In this document: piece by piece, positions 37,172 to 47,923 of the stretch
How the letters are laid out: each line of letters opens with the position of its first letter
Position numbering within the stretch: the stretch's first letter is position 1
Assembly: GCA_947584415.1 (NCBI GenBank)
Contig: CANPWN010000003.1
Coordinates: 28,860 to 92,859 of the forward strand
From: an uncultured Clostridia bacterium
Lineage (GTDB): Bacteria; Bacillota; Clostridia; Christensenellales; UBA1242
DNA length: 64,000 bases
Direction of reading: 5' to 3'
The notes under the pieces: model-generated
Databases searched by the model: none
The model's input: only the letters and a program-made list of their open reading frames with translations
What the model was told of the DNA's origin: nothing
Translations under genes and position numbers: made by a program

Positions 37172-38908
37172 TTACATCTTTTCAGGAATTTCAATTCCCA
37201 AAACATCACAAGCCTCTTCAAGGTTTGAAAGCACAATTGTTAAAAGCGTCAAGTGCGCGTTAAAAACTTTTTTGTCAGGCTCTGAAAGAATGTGGCAGGA
37301 GTTGTAGAATGAAGAGAACTCGCTTGCAACATCATATAAAGCCGTGGTCAGAGAGTTTAAACTCTTTTCCTGATAGCATTGAATATAACTTGACCTGAGT
37401 TTATTCAGACTGAGAATGAGCGAGCGGTGGATTGGAAGAAATTTATAACTTGTTTCAAATTCCTTAGCCTTTGCAAGAATTGACTTTATTCTGCACGCTG
37501 TGTATTGAATGTAAGGGCCGGTCTTCCCTTCAAACGAAAGCACCCTGTCCATATCAAAGTTGATATCTTTTTCAACAACGCTGCTTAAATCAGCAAACTT
37601 GAGTGCCGCATTTCCAATCTTGCGTTTTAAATCCTTATCGTGCTTTGTCCCGTTTGCAACGAGTTTTTGCTCGGCTTTGTCATACAGGGTGTTTAAAAGG
37701 TCAACAAGTTGCATATTGCCGCCGTCACGCGTCTTTAAGGCTTTCCCGTCCTTGCCGTTGATTGTGCCAAAACCGGTGTGAAGCAAAATTTGATTTTTGT
37801 TTGAAATTCCAGCCTTTTTGCAAGCGCGGAAGACCTGAGTGAAGTGCTGTTTTTGTCTGGCATCAGAAAAATAATGGATGATGTTAGGATGATATTTTTC
37901 ATTTCTTAGATAAATTGTGGCAATGTCAGAAGTTGAATACATATCCCCGCCATTTGATTTTTGAAGTATGACTGGCGGCATAGGATTTTCATATCTCTGC
38001 ACTTCGTCTGGGTTCTTTTTTGGAATTGGAATTTGCTCGCCTTCCTCAGCAACATCGACCACAAGTGCACCTTCACTGACATGTGCAAGCCCCTTCTTTT
38101 TGAAGATGTCAACAACTCTGTCCACATATTCACTTGCTGTGCTTTCGCCGTTCCAAAGGTCAAAATGCACATTTAACATTATGCAAAGGGCTTTGATTTC
38201 CTTGACGGAAACTTCTCTCAGTCTCTTCCAAAAGCCAAAATATGGCTCTTCATGATTTTGAAATTTGAGTGTTATCTCTTCGGCGCGCGCCTTGAAGGTT
38301 TCATCTTCGCTCTTCAATTTGCTGCCCTTTGGATACGCCTCATTCATGACCGTGATGTCAAGTTTTTTCTTGCCAGTCAAATAGTCGTTAAACGACCCCT
38401 CTCTTTCAAGCATTGCCATGATAAGACCAAGGGGCATACCCCAATCACCAAGAAAGATGTCACTCGTCACATTGAAGCCAAGTTTTTTATATAGCCGCTT
38501 AAACGCCTCGCCAATATTAAAAGACCTCATGTGACCAATATGTAACGCTTTGCCAATGTTTGGGCCGCCATAGTCAATTAGTAAATTTTTGCCTTTGCCG
38601 ACTTGTGGCACTTGAGAATTTGATAACGACTTTGCAAGCGCATTTATGCCCTTTTGCGTCAGTTTTATGTTTATAAACGCCGGTTTTGCAACTGAAAAGA
38701 CAAAATTTTGATTGTTTTGAAGATTGTTCACAATTTTTGTTGCAATTTCAAAAGGGTTTGAGTGAAGATTTTTGGCTATTGCAAAAGAGGAGTTGCTTTG
38801 AAAGTCCGCCATGTCTGGAAGTGCGGAAAAAGAAACCACAAACTCTTGTGGAAAACCCTCTTTTTTGGCTGAATCATTTAAAAGTTTTTCAAGTTTTTTT
38901 CTAATCAA
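37172..38908 (-). CDS. argS: Arginine--tRNA ligase
   Basis: DYGGPNIGKALHIGHMRS, GDWG, KTRDG, FEGKTGPYIQY, LGIEIPEKM. Confidence 0.97.
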   Translation of the reverse strand: MIRKKLEKLLNDSAKKEGFPQEFVVSFSALPDMADFQSNSSFAIAKNLHSNPFEIATKIVNNLQNNQNFVFSVAKPAFINIKLTQKGINALAKSLSNSQVPQVGKGKNLLIDYGGPNIGKALHIGHMRSFNIGEAFKRLYKKLGFNVTSDIFLGDWGMPLGLIMAMLEREGSFNDYLTGKKKLDITVMNEAYPKGSKLKSEDETFKARAEEITLKFQNHEEPYFGFWKRLREVSVKEIKALCIMLNVHFDLWNGESTASEYVDRVVDIFKKKGLAHVSEGALVVDVAEEGEQIPIPKKNPDEVQRYENPMPPVILQKSNGGDMYSTSDIATIYLRNEKYHPNIIHYFSDARQKQHFTQVFRACKKAGISNKNQILLHTGFGTINGKDGKALKTRDGGNMQLVDLLNTLYDKAEQKLVANGTKHDKDLKRKIGNAALKFADLSSVVEKDINFDMDRVLSFEGKTGPYIQYTACRIKSILAKAKEFETSYKFLPIHRSLILSLNKLRSSYIQCYQEKSLNSLTTALYDVASEFSSFYNSCHILSEPDKKVFNAHLTLLTIVLSNLEEACDVLGIEIPEKM

Positions 38909-39497
38909 TTTCCCTTCTCCCTTCCATTGCTTTTGAAAGCGTCACCTCGTCTGCATATTCAAGGTCACTGCCCATTGCTATGCCCTGTGCAAGTCTTGTG
39001 ACTTTTATGCCCATAGGCTTTAATAATTTTGCAATATACATAGCTGTCGCGTCACCCTCAACATCAGGGTCGGTTGCCATGATGACTTCCTCAGTTTTAA
39101 GTTCTTGGATACGCTTGAGAAGTCCTTTTATGTTGATATCATTTGGGCCTTTGCCGTCAAGAGGACTTAAAAGTCCAAACAACACATGATAAACACCATC
39201 ATAGTTTTTAACTTTTTCCATTGAGATGATGTCCTTTGGCTCTTTGACAACACAAATCACTTTTCCAGAGCGTTTTTCACAGATGTCGCACACAGGCTTG
39301 TCCGTGTAATTTCCACACTTTGTGCAAAGTCCAATTTTTGATTTGACTTCTTTGATTGCCTCGGCGAAATTCTCCGCCCGCTCTTTTGAGCCTTCAATGA
39401 TAGAATAGGCATATCTCTGTGCCGTCTTATAGCCAACGCCTGGCAAGGACCTAAAATACTCTATCAGCCTTTCAATAGGCTCATCAAACTTTGCCAT
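38901..39497 (-). CDS. recR: Recombination mediator RecR
   Basis: LPGVGYKTAQR, C4 Zn finger, YHVL.G.LSP, EGDATA, LEYADEVTL. Confidence 0.97.
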   Translation of the reverse strand: MAKFDEPIERLIEYFRSLPGVGYKTAQRYAYSIIEGSKERAENFAEAIKEVKSKIGLCTKCGNYTDKPVCDICEKRSGKVICVVKEPKDIISMEKVKNYDGVYHVLFGLLSPLDGKGPNDINIKGLLKRIQELKTEEVIMATDPDVEGDATAMYIAKLLKPMGIKVTRLAQGIAMGSDLEYADEVTLSKAMEGRREID

Positions 39498-39498
39498 A

Positions 39499-39819
39499 TC
39501 ACATCCCTGGAATTTGAGGTATTGTTTCTTTTTCTGCTATGTCAATCTTTGCAATAACATCATTAAACGCACTTGTGATGAGGTCTTCAAGCATTTCAAC
39601 ATCATCAGGGTCAACAACTTCCTTTTTAATGTTTATTGACTTTAAGGTTTTGTTGCCAAACATTGTGATTGTCACTGCGCCGCCACCAACTGTGCTTGAA
39701 AATTCACGCGCATCAAGTTCTTCTCTTGCTCTTTGCATATCCTGTTGCATTTTTTGTGCTTGGCGCATGAGTTGTTGCATATTTCCTCCGCCAAAGCCAC
39801 CAAAACCGCCATATCCCAT
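39499..39819 (-). CDS. ybaB: Nucleoid-associated protein YbaB/EbfC
   Basis: MQQLMRQAQKMQ, GGGAV, VDPDDVEMLEDLI, in dnaX-ybaB-recR synteny. Confidence 0.95.
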   Translation of the reverse strand: MGYGGFGGFGGGNMQQLMRQAQKMQQDMQRAREELDAREFSSTVGGGAVTITMFGNKTLKSINIKKEVVDPDDVEMLEDLITSAFNDVIAKIDIAEKETIPQIPGM

Positions 39820-39826
39820 AGTTTTT

Positions 39827-41262
39827 TTACTCCTTTACTTTAAATTTTTCGCCAAACTCTTTTCTGAGCATAACTTCATCTTCGTCAACCTTAGAAGGCT
39901 TTATAATTTTTTCTTCCATCACAACTTTCATCTCTCTTCCCTGCCAACTGAGTGCCCGTTCAAGTTCTCTCTTACCGTCTTCTAAAAGAGAGAGAACTGT
40001 TTTATCTGGCGTTCTTATAATAAGGTTTCCATTTTCAATTGAAACATCTGTGATGTCGCCACACGCAACATGCAGTGCGACATGCCTGTTTTCTTTTAAA
40101 TACAAAACGACCTTACCCCAAACATCTCTGACACTGAGTGGCCCAACCTGATTAGTCAGTTTTTTTTTACTTCTTCACCTGTTATGCAAGCAATTGCCAA
40201 ACTTTCAAGCAGAAGTCTTGTTGAGAGGGTGTATCTCAGTTCTGCCTCGCTTGACGCAAAAGTTTGCATGTATGAAATAAGCCGCTTGTCGTCAACGCGC
40301 TCCGCCTGAGCCACATATTTTTTAAGCACATCATCAGGCAAATTTAATATTTCGCTCGGCCTAAGACAAGTTTTGCACACAAGAAGGTCACGCGCGTGCT
40401 TTGCCGCATCCTTTGCAAACACTGAAAGGTTTTTGCCAGAGGCATCAATATTGTTTATTAGCGTCAAAACGCCGCCCAAATCCTTGTCAATGATTTTATC
40501 AAAGAATTCAAGCAAAAGTTCATGGTCAGTTGTGCCAAGCACCTTCATGACCGCCTCTTTTGTGATGTGGCCGCCGGAATAAGCATTTATGCTGTCGGCA
40601 ATGGACAAGGTGTCACGCACACTGCCTTCACCTGCCGCGGCAATAAGTTTGATAGCGTCCATCTCTGCCTCAATGCCTTCCTGTTTAAAAATGCCCTCAA
40701 GCACTTTTGAAAGGCTGTCTATTGAAAGCAGTCTGAAATCAAATCTTGAACATCTTGAAATGATTGTTGCCGGAAGCTTATGCACTTCCGTGGTTGCCAA
40801 GATAAATATTATATATTCAGGGGGCTCTTCCAAAGTTTTCAATAACGCGTTAAAAGCACTGTCGGAGAGCATGTGCACTTCGTCTATGATATAAACTTTG
40901 TATTTTGCGCCAATTGGTGCAAACTTAACTTTTTCCCTAAGTTCCCTTATGTCATCAACCCTGTTGTTTGACGCAGCGTCAATTTCCACAACATTGACAT
41001 CATTTGCTTGTTTGAGTTTTTTGCAAACTTCACATTCTCCACATGGTGAGCCAGTTGTGTTGTTTTCACAATTGACTGCACGGGCAAAAATTTTTGCAAC
41101 ACTCGTTTTTCCAACTCCGCGTGAGCCGGTGAAAAGATAGGCATGAGAAATCTTGCCTGACAAAATTTGATTTGCCAGCGTCTTTGTGATATGCTCCTGA
41201 CCAACAACCTCTTCAAAAGTCTGCGGCCTATATTTTCTGTAAAGTGCAAGATGTGAACTCAT
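39827..41262 (-). CDS. dnaX: DNA polymerase III subunits gamma/tau; gamma ends at 40156 and the longer form needs a -1 shift at the A9 run (40160-40168)
   Basis: LYRKYRPQTF, GSRGVGKT, EIDAASN, DEVHML, SRC. After GTAAAAAAAAAC the -1 frame reads LTNQVGPLSVRDVWGKVVLYLKEN... to 39827. Confidence 0.92.
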
Positions 41263-41298
41263 AGCCATATTATATCCATTTCCCTTTTACAAATCAAC

Positions 41299-42048
41299 TT
41301 ATTTGACGGAGTTTGCAATATTCAAAAAGGCGTCAACTTTGAGCGACACTCCGCCAAAAAGACCGCCGTCAATTCCTGTGGCAGAAAGAAGGGCTTGATA
41401 ATTTTTCTCGTTCAAACTTCCGCCATACAAAAGTTGAATATCACGGCTGGCTTTCTCAGAAAAGTTTTCCAAGATGACCTTTCTTATTATCTTTGCAACA
41501 AATTCAACATCTTTGACTGTCGCATTGTTGCCTGTGCCTATTGCCCAAATTGGCTCATAGGCAATGATAACGCTTTCAAGTTCGTTTTCATAAAGACCTT
41601 TAAGGTCTTCTTCAAGTTGTTTTCTTATCACTTCGCCGGTTTTCCCTGCGTTTTTGTCAAGTCCGCTTTCACCGACACAAAGGATACATTTTAGTCCATT
41701 TTTGAGTGAAGTTTTGATTTTTTTATTTATGAGTTTGTCGCTTTCCTTAAATTTGTTTCTTCTTTCACTGTGGCCAATTATGACATACTCGCCACCCACC
41801 GCCTTAATCATGTCGGCACTGATTTCACCAGTGAAAGCACCCTGCTCCTCATCACTGACATTTTGCGCGCCAAGTTTGATTTTGCTGCCACGAGTGAAGA
41901 AACTTGCAAGCGGCAAAGAGATGTATGGTGGGCAAATTATCACATCTGCTCTTTCGCCATTAAACAGCGAAACAAATTTTGTGAAATATGCCTTTGCCTC
42001 TTCAATGTTTTGGTTCATTTTAAAATTTGCAACTATCAATTTTTTCAT
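41299..42048 (-). CDS. tpiA: Triosephosphate isomerase
   Basis: ANFKMN, GAFTGE, GHSERR, AYEPIWAIGTG, YGGS. Confidence 0.97.
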   Translation of the reverse strand: MKKLIVANFKMNQNIEEAKAYFTKFVSLFNGERADVIICPPYISLPLASFFTRGSKIKLGAQNVSDEEQGAFTGEISADMIKAVGGEYVIIGHSERRNKFKESDKLINKKIKTSLKNGLKCILCVGESGLDKNAGKTGEVIRKQLEEDLKGLYENELESVIIAYEPIWAIGTGNNATVKDVEFVAKIIRKVILENFSEKASRDIQLLYGGSLNEKNYQALLSATGIDGGLFGGVSLKVDAFLNIANSVK

Positions 42049-43226
42049 ACCACTTTCTCCTGTATAACATCAATTCCAACCAGCGGTGCGCCTTCAAGAA
42101 GTTTCAATGTTGCTCCTCCGCCTGTTGAAATGTGGTTTATCATTTTCACACAATGCGCTTGTTTAACCGCACTTATGCTGTCACCACCGCCCACAATTGA
42201 GTAAGCGGCACTTTTGCCAATCTTTTTGGCAATTTTGAAAGTTCCTTTTTGGAATTTAGGGTCCTCATATTTGCCAAGAGGCCCGTTCCAGATGATTTGA
42301 TTTGCTTTGCTGATTTCTCGTTCAAACAAGTTGATGGTTTTTGGGCCAATGTCAGAGCCAACCATTTCGCCGCTAAGTTCATCTGTCACAAAAGTCTTTT
42401 CTTTCTTGTCGCCAAACATGTAAGCAACATGGTCAACCGGCAGAACAATGCGTTTGTTTAGCGTTTTGGCCTGTGCCAAAACCTCTTCAGCCACTTTAAC
42501 GCTGTCAACATCAACCAGGCTATGTCCAACACTGTGACCCTCCGCCACAAGGAAGGCATAAGCCATAGCACCGCCAATCAAAATGACATCAGCAACTTTC
42601 ATGATGTTCAACAGTGCGCCAATTTTATCATCCACTTTGCCGCCACCAAAGATTGCAACAAAAGGCTTTTTTGGGGTTTTTATTGCATTTTCAATTATGT
42701 TCAATTCATTTTCAATCAAAAAGCCAACGGCATTTGGCAAAAGTCTTGGAACGCCATAAGTTGATGCATGCTTTCTGTGTGATGTTCCAAACGCATCATT
42801 GACATAAATGTCCGCAAGCGAAGCGAGTTGCTTTGCAAACTCTGGGTCATTTTGCGTTTCTTCCTTATAAAATCTTACATTCTCCAGCACTAAAATGCTG
42901 CCTTCCGACATGCTTGCCACCTGCTCTTGAACATCAGGGCCAATGGTCTTGTGTGCAAACTGCACCTTGCCTGGAAAATACTTCATAAGCAAAAGGGTTA
43001 TAGGCCAAAGAGAAAGCCTGAAATCAAACCCATTTGGTCTGCCAAGATGTGAGCAAATTATCACCTTCGCCCCTTTATCAACCAAATATCTTATTGTTGG
43101 CAATTCATTGACAAGTCTTGTGTTGTCAGATATTCTTCCTGCCTTGTTCATTGGCAAATTGAAGTCCGTTCTAAGGAAAACTCTTTTGCCTTTCAAATTG
43201 ACAAGGTCGCGTATGCTTCTTTTCAT
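42045..43226 (-). CDS. pgk: Phosphoglycerate kinase
   Basis: R.DFN.P, SHLGRP, LENVRF, NDAFGTSHR, WNGP.G, GGGDS, STGGGA. Confidence 0.97.
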   Translation of the reverse strand: MKRSIRDLVNLKGKRVFLRTDFNLPMNKAGRISDNTRLVNELPTIRYLVDKGAKVIICSHLGRPNGFDFRLSLWPITLLLMKYFPGKVQFAHKTIGPDVQEQVASMSEGSILVLENVRFYKEETQNDPEFAKQLASLADIYVNDAFGTSHRKHASTYGVPRLLPNAVGFLIENELNIIENAIKTPKKPFVAIFGGGKVDDKIGALLNIMKVADVILIGGAMAYAFLVAEGHSVGHSLVDVDSVKVAEEVLAQAKTLNKRIVLPVDHVAYMFGDKKEKTFVTDELSGEMVGSDIGPKTINLFEREISKANQIIWNGPLGKYEDPKFQKGTFKIAKKIGKSAAYSIVGGGDSISAVKQAHCVKMINHISTGGGATLKLLEGAPLVGIDVIQEKVV

Positions 43227-43239
43227 AATTCCTCCATAA

Positions 43240-44187
43240 TCATTTTACACTTTTTGTTCTAGTTTTCAAAATGTTTGCGCTCTCTTGCAAGAGTTTTAGG
43301 CTTTCATTTATGTCAGTTTGAAGTGCCAATTGCCGCTTTATGTCGCTGCCGGCTTTAAATGCTGCCGCATAAGCAAGAAAATGTTTGCGAAGATATTTGT
43401 TAAGCCACGCCTCAGGATAATGCTCTCTTAAAATTTCAACATGGCGGAAAATCATATCCATTTCGTCAACCTTTTTCCCTTTGATTAAAGAAAATATCCA
43501 TGGCGAGCCGACCGCTCCTCTTCCAATCATAACACCATCAACTTGGGTCTGTTTCATTTTTTGATAACTTTCTTCATCAACAACATCTCCGTTTCCAATG
43601 ATTGGGATGTGACTGACCGCCTTTGCAAGCGCAATTGCATCATAGTCGACGCTGCCAGAAAACCCTTGTGCAAAAGTTCTGCCATGCACTGACACAAAAC
43701 TTGCACCTGCCTCTTCGCACACGCGAATAATTTGGGCTATGTCAACCTTGTCATATCCAAGTCGCACTTTAACGCTGACTGGTCTGTCCTTTGCCGCTTT
43801 GACGCACTCTGAAATAATGCACCCCATGGTATTAAGGTCTTTCAAAAGCGCCGACCCCTCACCATTCTTGATTATTTTTGGTGCCGGGCAGCCCATGTTG
43901 ATATCTATGCCTTCAAAGTGGCTTAAAATGTTGTTTTTGACGGCTTCTGCCATGACAAAGGGGTCTTTGCCAAAAATTTGAGCAAAAACAAGCCTTTCTT
44001 CTTTTTCTCTAATTGTCATGTCCTCAGTCTTTTTGCTGTTATGACGCATAGCCTCGGCAGAGAGCATTTCTGTAAACATTGCGTCCGCTCCGCATCTTTG
44101 ACAAACGCACCTGAATCCAACATCGCTGTAACCTGCAAGCGGTGCTAACAAGACTGCATCTTTAAAATCTAAGCCTTTAATTTCCAT
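43240..44187 (-). CDS. dusB: tRNA-dihydrouridine synthase (DusB-like)
   Basis: LAPLAG, IDINMGCP, G.GSALL, VHGRT, GNGD, MIGRG. Confidence 0.9.
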   Translation of the reverse strand: MEIKGLDFKDAVLLAPLAGYSDVGFRCVCQRCGADAMFTEMLSAEAMRHNSKKTEDMTIREKEERLVFAQIFGKDPFVMAEAVKNNILSHFEGIDINMGCPAPKIIKNGEGSALLKDLNTMGCIISECVKAAKDRPVSVKVRLGYDKVDIAQIIRVCEEAGASFVSVHGRTFAQGFSGSVDYDAIALAKAVSHIPIIGNGDVVDEESYQKMKQTQVDGVMIGRGAVGSPWIFSLIKGKKVDEMDMIFRHVEILREHYPEAWLNKYLRKHFLAYAAAFKAGSDIKRQLALQTDINESLKLLQESANILKTRTKSVK

Positions 44188-44234
44188 GCTTTTATTTTAG
44201 CAAATTATTTCTCTTGTGCAAAATGATTTATGCT

Positions 44235-45761
44235 TTAAGAAGATTCGTCACTCACAACTTTCTTTTTAAATATGTTTTTAAAAATTTCGGTGGTGATTGG
44301 CAGCGTGCATAAAACATAAATTGTTGCGCCCAAAATCACACTGAGCAAGACTTCAACCAGCGGAGGAAGGTCAAAATAAAAAAGCAGTGCATTAATTGAA
44401 AGGGTCATAAGCAAAGACGAAATAAGTGGAAGAGTGAGGTCAAAAAAGCCAACAGAAACCTTCCTTTTGTTTTTGATAAGCACCATAATGCAAACTACAC
44501 TTGCAAAAGCAATGTTGCCAATCACCACACCAAAAATATTTATTTGTGGCAATGCAGTCAAAAAAATAACTGCAGTAACTTTGATTACTCCACCAACTAT
44601 GTAAGCCGACATGCAATAATAAAAATGCCCCTTAGACTGCAAAATTGCAACAAAAAATTGCATAAGCGCTGTGATTAATGTTGAAATTATGCCAAAATAT
44701 GTCAATTTCACCGCATAATCAATAAGTTCACTTTCAAGCGAAGGATAAACGAAAATATAAAGAGGTCTGCTTATTGCGGCAATTCCAAATGTCAAAGGCA
44801 GAAGCACCAACCACATAATTTTTAAAGAATTTGCAATTGTGTTGTCCTGGTCTAAATTAAGTTTTGCTTCATCATACGCAACTGCCGGCAAGATTGCAGT
44901 TGAAATTGCAGAGGAAAGAATAAGTGGAAAATTTAATATTGCTCCAACCACACCCGTCTCTAACCCAAAAAGCGAAGTCGCAAACCCTCTTTCAAACCCA
45001 GCGCGCATAAGGCACGAAACAACCACAAAACTGTCAACAACCGAAACAAGTGGCAAAACCGAACTTCCAAGTGAAAGTGGAACAACCGCTTTTAAAAATG
45101 CCGCCGCCACATTTTTGTCCTTAACACTCACAAATTTTGTTTTAAAGTGCATATATAAGCAGAGGAATATTATGCACGCAATCTCCCCCATTGTCACGCC
45201 TAAAAATGCGCCAAACACACCCGACTCAACTCCTTTTTTGCCAAATATAAAAGCAAACAAAAGCCCCAAGACAAATTTGACCGCCTGCTCCAAAATTTGA
45301 CTTATTGCGGTTGGTGTCATGTTTTCATAACCCTGAAAAACTCCGCGCATTGAAGCAATAACTCCGCCAAAAGGAATGAGAAAAAGCATAAGTTTGTAAC
45401 TGCTGCTGCCTGCCGCCGCACCTTGCAAAAAGGCTATCTGGCTTGAAAGCAGACTTAAAGCAAGACCTCCCGCAAAACCAAATAAAATTGAATACAAAAG
45501 CGAAGTTTTGAGGAGTGATTTAATCTTGCCAAAATCACCTATTGCCCGCGCTTGCGAAACAAATTTGGACAGCGCTGTGCTCACCCCTGCGGTTGTCAAA
45601 ATTAAAGCGAAAGAATAAACGCTCATGACAAGTTGAAAAACACCAATGCCCTCAATTCCAAGTATCGAAGTGAGCGGAAGGCGAAAAAAAGCGCCTAGCA
45701 CTTTGCAAATGACACCACTCAAAACCAATATCAAAGTCCCTTTTCCAATGCTTTTTGTCAT
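44235..45761 (-). CDS. MOP-superfamily flippase (SpoVB/YabM-like polysaccharide biosynthesis protein)
   Basis: KVLGAFFRLPL, RGVFQGYENMTPTAISQILEQ, ~14 TM helices. Confidence 0.85.
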   Translation of the reverse strand: MTKSIGKGTLILVLSGVICKVLGAFFRLPLTSILGIEGIGVFQLVMSVYSFALILTTAGVSTALSKFVSQARAIGDFGKIKSLLKTSLLYSILFGFAGGLALSLLSSQIAFLQGAAAGSSSYKLMLFLIPFGGVIASMRGVFQGYENMTPTAISQILEQAVKFVLGLLFAFIFGKKGVESGVFGAFLGVTMGEIACIIFLCLYMHFKTKFVSVKDKNVAAAFLKAVVPLSLGSSVLPLVSVVDSFVVVSCLMRAGFERGFATSLFGLETGVVGAILNFPLILSSAISTAILPAVAYDEAKLNLDQDNTIANSLKIMWLVLLPLTFGIAAISRPLYIFVYPSLESELIDYAVKLTYFGIISTLITALMQFFVAILQSKGHFYYCMSAYIVGGVIKVTAVIFLTALPQINIFGVVIGNIAFASVVCIMVLIKNKRKVSVGFFDLTLPLISSLLMTLSINALLFYFDLPPLVEVLLSVILGATIYVLCTLPITTEIFKNIFKKKVVSDESS

Positions 45762-45855
45762 AAAAATAGTTTTATCTTATTAAAAAAACTTATGCAAAGG
45801 GTATTTACAAACCAAAAAATTTATGTTATACTAAGGGCAAACAAAGGAGATTAAT

Positions 45856-46449
45856 ATGGCTGATACCGGAATTAATAGAGTAAAAGACCCTGAAATCAAT
45901 AAAGCCCTCTGGGAAAGCAAAAATGCAGGACTGATAACGGTTTTGGACCGCGTTCAAGGACAAGAGATTGATCCTGCGACCTTAAAAGGCGAAAAATGTT
46001 TGACCATCATGTTTTTCAGAGTTATATCTTATTTTTACACAAAGTATGACAACCCCGACTACATTGACCAAGATGCCGAAGATTGGCTTCAAGGAAAAAT
46101 TGCTTTGGAAAACTCCGCTATCACAAGCGCACTTCAATGCAGAACCTTTTTAAAGCGTCTTCGTGAAAACTTTTCTGATTACGCTTCTTGCCAATATTTT
46201 GAAAGCATCTTCAATTTTAACCCTGATTACAACCGACAAGTAGCTTACATGAAAGACTCAAACAATAAAATTGTTTTTTCACTTGAATCATACATGAACG
46301 GAGCAATGAACGGCAACAAACTTAAATCTCCAGCATCTCTCAAATTTGCACCTGACATATCAAAGGCTGTAAACGCACTTGACGAAAGTATTGATAAAGA
46401 TGTTTATGCAAATGTTTCTCCATACAGTGCAGAAAAAAATATTAGATAA
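45856..46449 (+). CDS. Hypothetical protein, 197 aa
   Basis: TTTACA..TGnTATACT promoter, AAGGAG RBS, downstream terminator. Confidence 0.75.
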   Translation: MADTGINRVKDPEINKALWESKNAGLITVLDRVQGQEIDPATLKGEKCLTIMFFRVISYFYTKYDNPDYIDQDAEDWLQGKIALENSAITSALQCRTFLKRLRENFSDYASCQYFESIFNFNPDYNRQVAYMKDSNNKIVFSLESYMNGAMNGNKLKSPASLKFAPDISKAVNALDESIDKDVYANVSPYSAEKNIR

Positions 46450-46451
46450 AC

Positions 46452-46485
46452 AAAAAACAAGGCATTTTGATTGCCTTGTTTTTTT
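46452..46485. terminator. Bidirectional intrinsic terminator
   Basis: AAAAAACAAGGCA..TGCCTTGTTTTTT. Confidence 0.8.
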
Positions 46486-47923
46486 ATTTTGTTAAATCAA
46501 TGTTGTTAGGTTTAAATGGGCTAAGTTTGTCTGGGCTAATACTACCAGTTGGCTTTACAGGAGGGGGATTAGGCTTACCCGCTCCAGTTTGGTTTGGGTG
46601 AATACTAACAGTTGGTTTCCCTGGGTCCACAATACTGCCATGGCCACCAAGCCTTGGTGGTGGCTTGAGGGCTATATCTTCAGCCGTTAAAACATTTTCT
46701 TTTGGGGGCTGACTGACGCTCACTGGCTTTGTTGTTTCCGCTGGCGCATCCGTTGCCTTTGGCTGCAAAGAAATGTTTTCGCCAGCCTTTTCTGTTTGCA
46801 CTGGCGTGTTAAGTATGTCCCGAACCTCATCAATTGGTGCAGGTGAAACAATCTGCTCTTCTGGTGCACTTGAAATTGGTGTGACAGGAACAATTGGCGT
46901 TTTTAAAATTTCTTTGTTGATTTTTGCACCAATCATGATGTCTTTTTTCTTTTCAGTTTTTTCTTTTTTACCAGGTTTTGCTGATTTATATTTGTAAAGA
47001 GGTCCCGGTTTTGGACGCTTTGCAGAAGATGACTTACCACCTTTTTTCTTTGCGCCGCTGCCCGCCACTTCTGTTTTTTTAATTTTTGGTGCTGACAAAG
47101 TTTCCAGTTTGTTTGAAACTTGGTCATATTCAATAACAGGCTTTGTGAAAATTTTGATGGTCTTTGGAAAGTCCTGAGGAAGTTCCTTTTTAATCTCTTT
47201 AAAACCGCCCTCTTTCAAAATCATTATGTCAAGTTTGCGCCTTAACTTTGTGTAAGTTGTGCTTTGATTTGGAAGGGCTTTGCTTTTTTCATGCTCTTCT
47301 TTGAGTTTTTCCAAAATGCGCTTGCACTTTTCTCCGCCCTTCTCAAGTACTTCCATCATCTCTAAGATGTAATATTCAGATTGAAGTTCAACAACAAATT
47401 CCCTTTCAATTCTTTTAAGGTCCTGCTGTTCAATAAACTCTTTTATCTTTTCGGAATTTTCATCTGCGTAGTCATCAATATCGTCCAAAATGTTGAACGC
47501 AGTTTTAAGTTTTTGAGTGAAAACTTCGTTATAGTCTGCATAATATTGCGCCACAAAACTGATAATCTGGTCATCTTCAACGCTTTCAATAAGATAAAGA
47601 TTGGCATAGCCTTTGTTATCTTCATGCCAAAATTTAACCTTAAAATGAAGAGTAATGCAGCCAAGTTCACTTTCTGCAACAAGTTCGCCAAAATCTGTTG
47701 CAGTAAGTAATTTTTTAACCCCAACCAAAGTTGGTTTTATCTCAGGCAAAAGGGCGTATTTCCCATCCTCAGTGAAATTACCCAGAAGTTTATATTCCAA
47801 AATCTCGTCCAATTTATGCAAGCGATAGTAGTCAATAAAATCTGGGTCCTCTAACTTTTCACCTGTCCCATACACTATCCAAGTCGGTTTTGACTCAAGC
47901 GTGTCAACCTTGTCTTTCTTCAT
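46484..47923 (-). CDS. Hypothetical protein: acidic globular N-terminus, Lys-rich linker, Pro-rich tail
   Basis: 479-aa ORF with a TTGCAA-17-TATACT promoter 6 nt before ATG. Confidence 0.75.
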   Translation of the reverse strand: MKKDKVDTLESKPTWIVYGTGEKLEDPDFIDYYRLHKLDEILEYKLLGNFTEDGKYALLPEIKPTLVGVKKLLTATDFGELVAESELGCITLHFKVKFWHEDNKGYANLYLIESVEDDQIISFVAQYYADYNEVFTQKLKTAFNILDDIDDYADENSEKIKEFIEQQDLKRIEREFVVELQSEYYILEMMEVLEKGGEKCKRILEKLKEEHEKSKALPNQSTTYTKLRRKLDIMILKEGGFKEIKKELPQDFPKTIKIFTKPVIEYDQVSNKLETLSAPKIKKTEVAGSGAKKKGGKSSSAKRPKPGPLYKYKSAKPGKKEKTEKKKDIMIGAKINKEILKTPIVPVTPISSAPEEQIVSPAPIDEVRDILNTPVQTEKAGENISLQPKATDAPAETTKPVSVSQPPKENVLTAEDIALKPPPRLGGHGSIVDPGKPTVSIHPNQTGAGKPNPPPVKPTGSISPDKLSPFKPNNIDLTK

